A stretch of DNA of 64,000 nucleotides from assembly GCA_039186235.1 (NCBI GenBank), contig JBCDAE010000003.1:65934-129933 (forward strand), written 5' to 3'. This document shows, one piece after another, positions 60,265 to 64,000 of the stretch. Numbering within the stretch: the first letter of the stretch is position 1; each line of letters opens with the position of its first letter. The position numbers and the translations under genes are program-made. Source of the stretch: Pseudomonadota bacterium (GTDB taxonomy: Bacteria; Pseudomonadota; Alphaproteobacteria; Sphingomonadales; Sphingomonadaceae). Under the pieces are notes generated by a model. It was not told the DNA's origin. It searched no databases and saw only the letters and a list, made by a program, of their open reading frames with translations.

Positions 60265-60367
60265 GTGAGCGGCCATCGGGCGGCGATCGATGAACAAAGC
60301 GCTGGTCCCCTGCCGGCACTCCCCTGACACCCCTTGTTCATCGAGGTGACCGTCCGATGGCTCTCGC
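60265..60367 (+). other. Long stem-loop in predicted 5' UTR
   Basis: GCCATCGGGCGG/CCGTCCGATGGC and TCGATGAACAA/TTGTTCATCGA arms around a C-rich loop. Confidence 0.75.
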
Positions 60368-60397
60368 GCAGGCTCAGATCCCCAGGAGAACCCAAGA

Positions 60398-60883
60398 ATG
60401 AAACTTCAAACCCTTTTGTTGGCCGCCGCAGTGCTCGCTGCTCCGCTGGCGATTTCGGCCCCGGCTCACGCCGATGGCGGCGTGTTTGTTGGCGTCGAAG
60501 GCCAAAACATTGCCGTGAGCGGCTATGACACCGTCAGCTATTTCCAGGGCGACGGCGTGCCGGTCAAAGGCGACGCGCGCTTCGCGGTCAAATATGACGG
60601 CGCGGTCTGGCATTTTGCCAATCAAGCCAACGCCGACGCGTTCAAGGCCAATCCCAACGCCTACGCCCCCCGCTATGGTGGCCACTGCGCGTGGGCACTT
60701 GGAGCAAATGGTGCGCTCGCACCGGGCGATCCCAAGCTCTACAAGATCGTCGACGGCAAGCTCTACCTGAACTTCAACAAGAACGTTCAGAACCGTTGGC
60801 TCAAGAACATTTCCGGCTTCATCAGCAAAGCGAACGTCGCGTGGGCGGATACGCCCGACGGCAAAGTCTTCGGCGACAGCTGA
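60398..60883 (+). CDS. YHS-domain (seleno)protein-family exported protein, paralog 2
   Basis: Signal peptide AHA-D, AVSGYDTVSYF, APRYGGHCAWA, KIVDGKLYLNFN. Confidence 0.82.
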   Translation: MKLQTLLLAAAVLAAPLAISAPAHADGGVFVGVEGQNIAVSGYDTVSYFQGDGVPVKGDARFAVKYDGAVWHFANQANADAFKANPNAYAPRYGGHCAWALGANGALAPGDPKLYKIVDGKLYLNFNKNVQNRWLKNISGFISKANVAWADTPDGKVFGDS

Positions 60884-60919
60884 GCCGGTCAAACTTCACT
60901 TTTTCAAAGGATTGATACC

Positions 60920-61297
60920 ATGACAAAACCCGTTTCCCTTACCCGCCTTTTGATGGTCGCTGGTGGCCTTGCCGTCACGACAGCGGCGGCTCCCACCTTT
61001 GCCAGCGGTCAATGCGCTCCGGCGACGTGCACGGTGGCCGCGTGCTCGGCGTGCAGCGCGTGTTCGGCGTGCGACGCGTCGGCCTGCGACGCTTCAGGAT
61101 GTGACGCCTCAGCATGTGCAGCCGCAGGTTGTGCGGCGGCGGCCTGTGCGGCTTCGACCTGTGCAGCCTCGGCTTGTGCCGCTTCGGCTTGTGGCGCGGA
61201 CGCTTGCGCGGCGAGCGCGTGCGACGCGGCAGCATGTTCAGCGGCGGCTTGCTCGGCAAGCCCCTGCGACGCAGCGGATTGCGCACCGGCTGCCTGA
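60920..61297 (+). CDS. Secreted Cys-rich pentapeptide-repeat protein (20 Cys)
   Basis: AAGGA RBS, 28-aa signal peptide, 17 C-x4 units and 3 CSA units; synonymous codon variation between repeats. Confidence 0.8.
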   Translation: MTKPVSLTRLLMVAGGLAVTTAAAPTFASGQCAPATCTVAACSACSACSACDASACDASGCDASACAAAGCAAAACAASTCAASACAASACGADACAASACDAAACSAAACSASPCDAADCAPAA

Positions 61298-61440
61298 CGG
61301 TGCGTGTCCTGGTGTGGCCGGGGTGAACGCTCCTCCTAGTTGATCTCCGGTCACACCTTTTTTCCAAGCTTGGCCTTGGAAGGATGGCAGCCATTTCAGG
61401 AGGTTGCTTCGTGCATGTGTGCCTCTTTGCACGGAGCTTT

Positions 61441-61486
61441 GGCCCGCAAGACCCCAGCGCTTAGGGGCCTTGCGGGCCCTTTTTTT
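61441..61486 (+). terminator. Intrinsic terminator of the YHS2/Cys-rich operon
   Basis: GGCCCGCAAG/CTTGCGGGCC 10-bp stem, inner CCCC/GGGG, then a T7 run. Confidence 0.9.
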
Positions 61487-61488
61487 GA

Positions 61489-62085
61489 TCAGCAGCTGGG
61501 GTTCGCGCCCAACTGGCGCGCGGTGAGATCTTCATAACTGTAGCGCTGTTCGGGCTCGAAGTCGGGGCAGGGCCGATAGTTTGGGTCTTGCGCCAGACAG
61601 CCCGGCCCGCAGATCTGGATCGCGGTGGGGCCGCGCGCGTCGACACGCCAAAAGCGCCCGCCCGGTGTCGCGACATAGCCGTCCATTCCGCTTGAGGCGT
61701 CGCTGGCCAAATCCTGAAGCGAGGGCACTTCGCTGTCATAGGCCGCGTTTTGCGCGGCGTGGGTGTGAAAGCTGGCAATGGGGCGCATTCCGGGTTCATC
61801 AAAATACGCAATGCCGCAGCTGGCCTCGTCCCCTTGGCGGGTGGGGGACGCGCCCAAACTGCCATCGCTGCGTTCAAAGATGATGCCGCACAGTTCGACA
61901 TCCTGGGCAAAGCTCTGTTGTTGCAGCGCGTTAAGCTGAATGCGCGCGAAGGCTTGCACCTCCTCCTGCGTCACCGTGATGATGAAATCGTCGGCGCCCT
62001 TGGTGTTCATGATCCCGCGCGCGACAATCCCCGCCCAGACAAGCGCCATCAGGATGAACAGTATGCGGGTGGTGCGGGCGCTCAT
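61489..62085 (-). CDS. Membrane-anchored DUF4329-like protein
   Basis: N-terminal TM, ELCG, ASFHTH, PSLQD, GYVATPGGR. Confidence 0.75.
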   Translation of the reverse strand: MSARTTRILFILMALVWAGIVARGIMNTKGADDFIITVTQEEVQAFARIQLNALQQQSFAQDVELCGIIFERSDGSLGASPTRQGDEASCGIAYFDEPGMRPIASFHTHAAQNAAYDSEVPSLQDLASDASSGMDGYVATPGGRFWRVDARGPTAIQICGPGCLAQDPNYRPCPDFEPEQRYSYEDLTARQLGANPSC

Positions 62086-62107
62086 AAAGGCTCCCGCACG
62101 ATAGGCG

Positions 62108-63157
<1,050 letters not shown>

Positions 63158-63172
63158 TCAGGAAAAATGGGC

Positions 63173-63688
63173 TTACACGCTCTGCAGACCGCGCATCATG
63201 CCGACGACGCCCGAGCGGCCGACCGATACGAGGCCAAGCTCGCGCATCAAAGTGATAAAGCTGTCAATCTTATCGGGCGCGCCGGTAAGCTCGAAAACGA
63301 AGCTCTCGGTGGTCGTGTCGACCACTTTGGCGCGGAAAAGCTCGGCGATGCGGAGCGCTTCAACCCGCATTTCACCTTTACCAGCGACTTTGATGAGGGC
63401 GAGTTCGCGCTCGACATGTGGCCCTGCGGCGGTGAGGTCGAGCACTTTGTGCACCGGCACCAAGCGCTCCAGCTGCGCTTCGATCTGGTCAATCACTTCG
63501 GGCGGGCCGTTGGTGACGATGGTGATCCGGCTGATCGCGTTGTCGTCGGAAATGTCGGCGACCGTAAGGCTGTCAATGTTGTAGCCGCGGGCGGTGAAAA
63601 GGCCGGTGATCTTGGCCAGGATGCCCGGCTCGTTATCGACCGTCACCGCGAGGACGTGCCGTTCGCTTTCGGCGGTTGTGATTTTCAT
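63173..63688 (-). CDS. ilvH: Acetolactate synthase small subunit
   Basis: ACT domain DNEPGIL.KITGLFTARGYNIDSL, ERELALIK. Confidence 0.96.
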   Translation of the reverse strand: MKITTAESERHVLAVTVDNEPGILAKITGLFTARGYNIDSLTVADISDDNAISRITIVTNGPPEVIDQIEAQLERLVPVHKVLDLTAAGPHVERELALIKVAGKGEMRVEALRIAELFRAKVVDTTTESFVFELTGAPDKIDSFITLMRELGLVSVGRSGVVGMMRGLQSV

Positions 63689-64000
63689 CAAACTAGCGCC
63701 TTCGCTTCGTCGTCCATCGTGCCGTCTACGCGGTCGCCGTAGAGGATCATATCGGTGTGCGCGGCGCCTGACGGGATCATCGGCAAGCAATTCGCATCAG
63801 GCGCGACGCAGCAATCGACCATGACCGGGCCGTCGTGCTCCATCATGGCGAGGATTCCGGCGTCGAGCTCGTCTTCGCTGGTGATGCGGATGCCCTTCCA
63901 GCCGTAGCTTTCGGCGAGCTTCACGAAATCGGGCAGGCTGTCTGAATAGCTGTTCGAATAGCGGCCTTCATAGGTCAGCTCCTGCCACTGGCGGACCATG
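63688..64000 (-). CDS. ilvB: Acetolactate synthase large subunit, C-terminal fragment (5' end outside window)
   Basis: MVRQWQ, PDFVKLAES, NCLPMIPSG; ATGA overlap with ilvH. Confidence 0.95.
   Translation of the reverse strand, partial: MVRQWQELTYEGRYSNSYSDSLPDFVKLAESYGWKGIRITSEDELDAGILAMMEHDGPVMVDCCVAPDANCLPMIPSGAAHTDMILYGDRVDGTMDDEAKALV

Noticed and set aside
61000-61297. 15-nt periodicity as a CRISPR array or VNTR
   Set aside because: No constant repeat with unique spacers; the periodicity is at protein level with synonymous variation

Overview
64 kb of GC-rich alphaproteobacterial chromosome. Gene content and order suggest Sphingomonadales, probably Erythrobacteraceae (inference, no database search run). 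Most of it is core metabolism: BCKDH E1b/E2, zapA-6S RNA-ygfA, tkt-gap-pgk...fda, thiE, efp-suhB, a MacAB-like exporter, aceA with a RamB-type regulator, prsK-prsR, panB, phoR-pstCAB-phoU-phoB (no pstS), recJ, leuA, lldD, ilvB-ilvH-ilvC, and tRNA-Asp, -Leu and -Glu. No integrase, transposase or CRISPR array was seen. The best candidate for an undescribed system is at 57.7-61.5 kb. Two paralogous exported YHS-type proteins are each preceded by the same ECF-sigma-like promoter, GTGT(A/C)ACC-N16-CGAAC, which matches the heavy-metal sigmaF/ECF16 consensus as I recall it. The second sits in an apparent operon with a secreted 125-aa protein carrying 20 cysteines in near-perfect C-x4 periodicity, flanked by a ~100-nt 5' hairpin and a four-hairpin 3' region. 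Also notable: a split, LexA-box-controlled mutagenesis locus (imuA-imuB ... radical SAM-DUF4130/UdgX-dnaE2) with an iota-carbonic-anhydrase-like gene in the gap, an unannotated Leu-rich leuA leader peptide, and a RamB homolog lacking its C-terminal cysteine motif.
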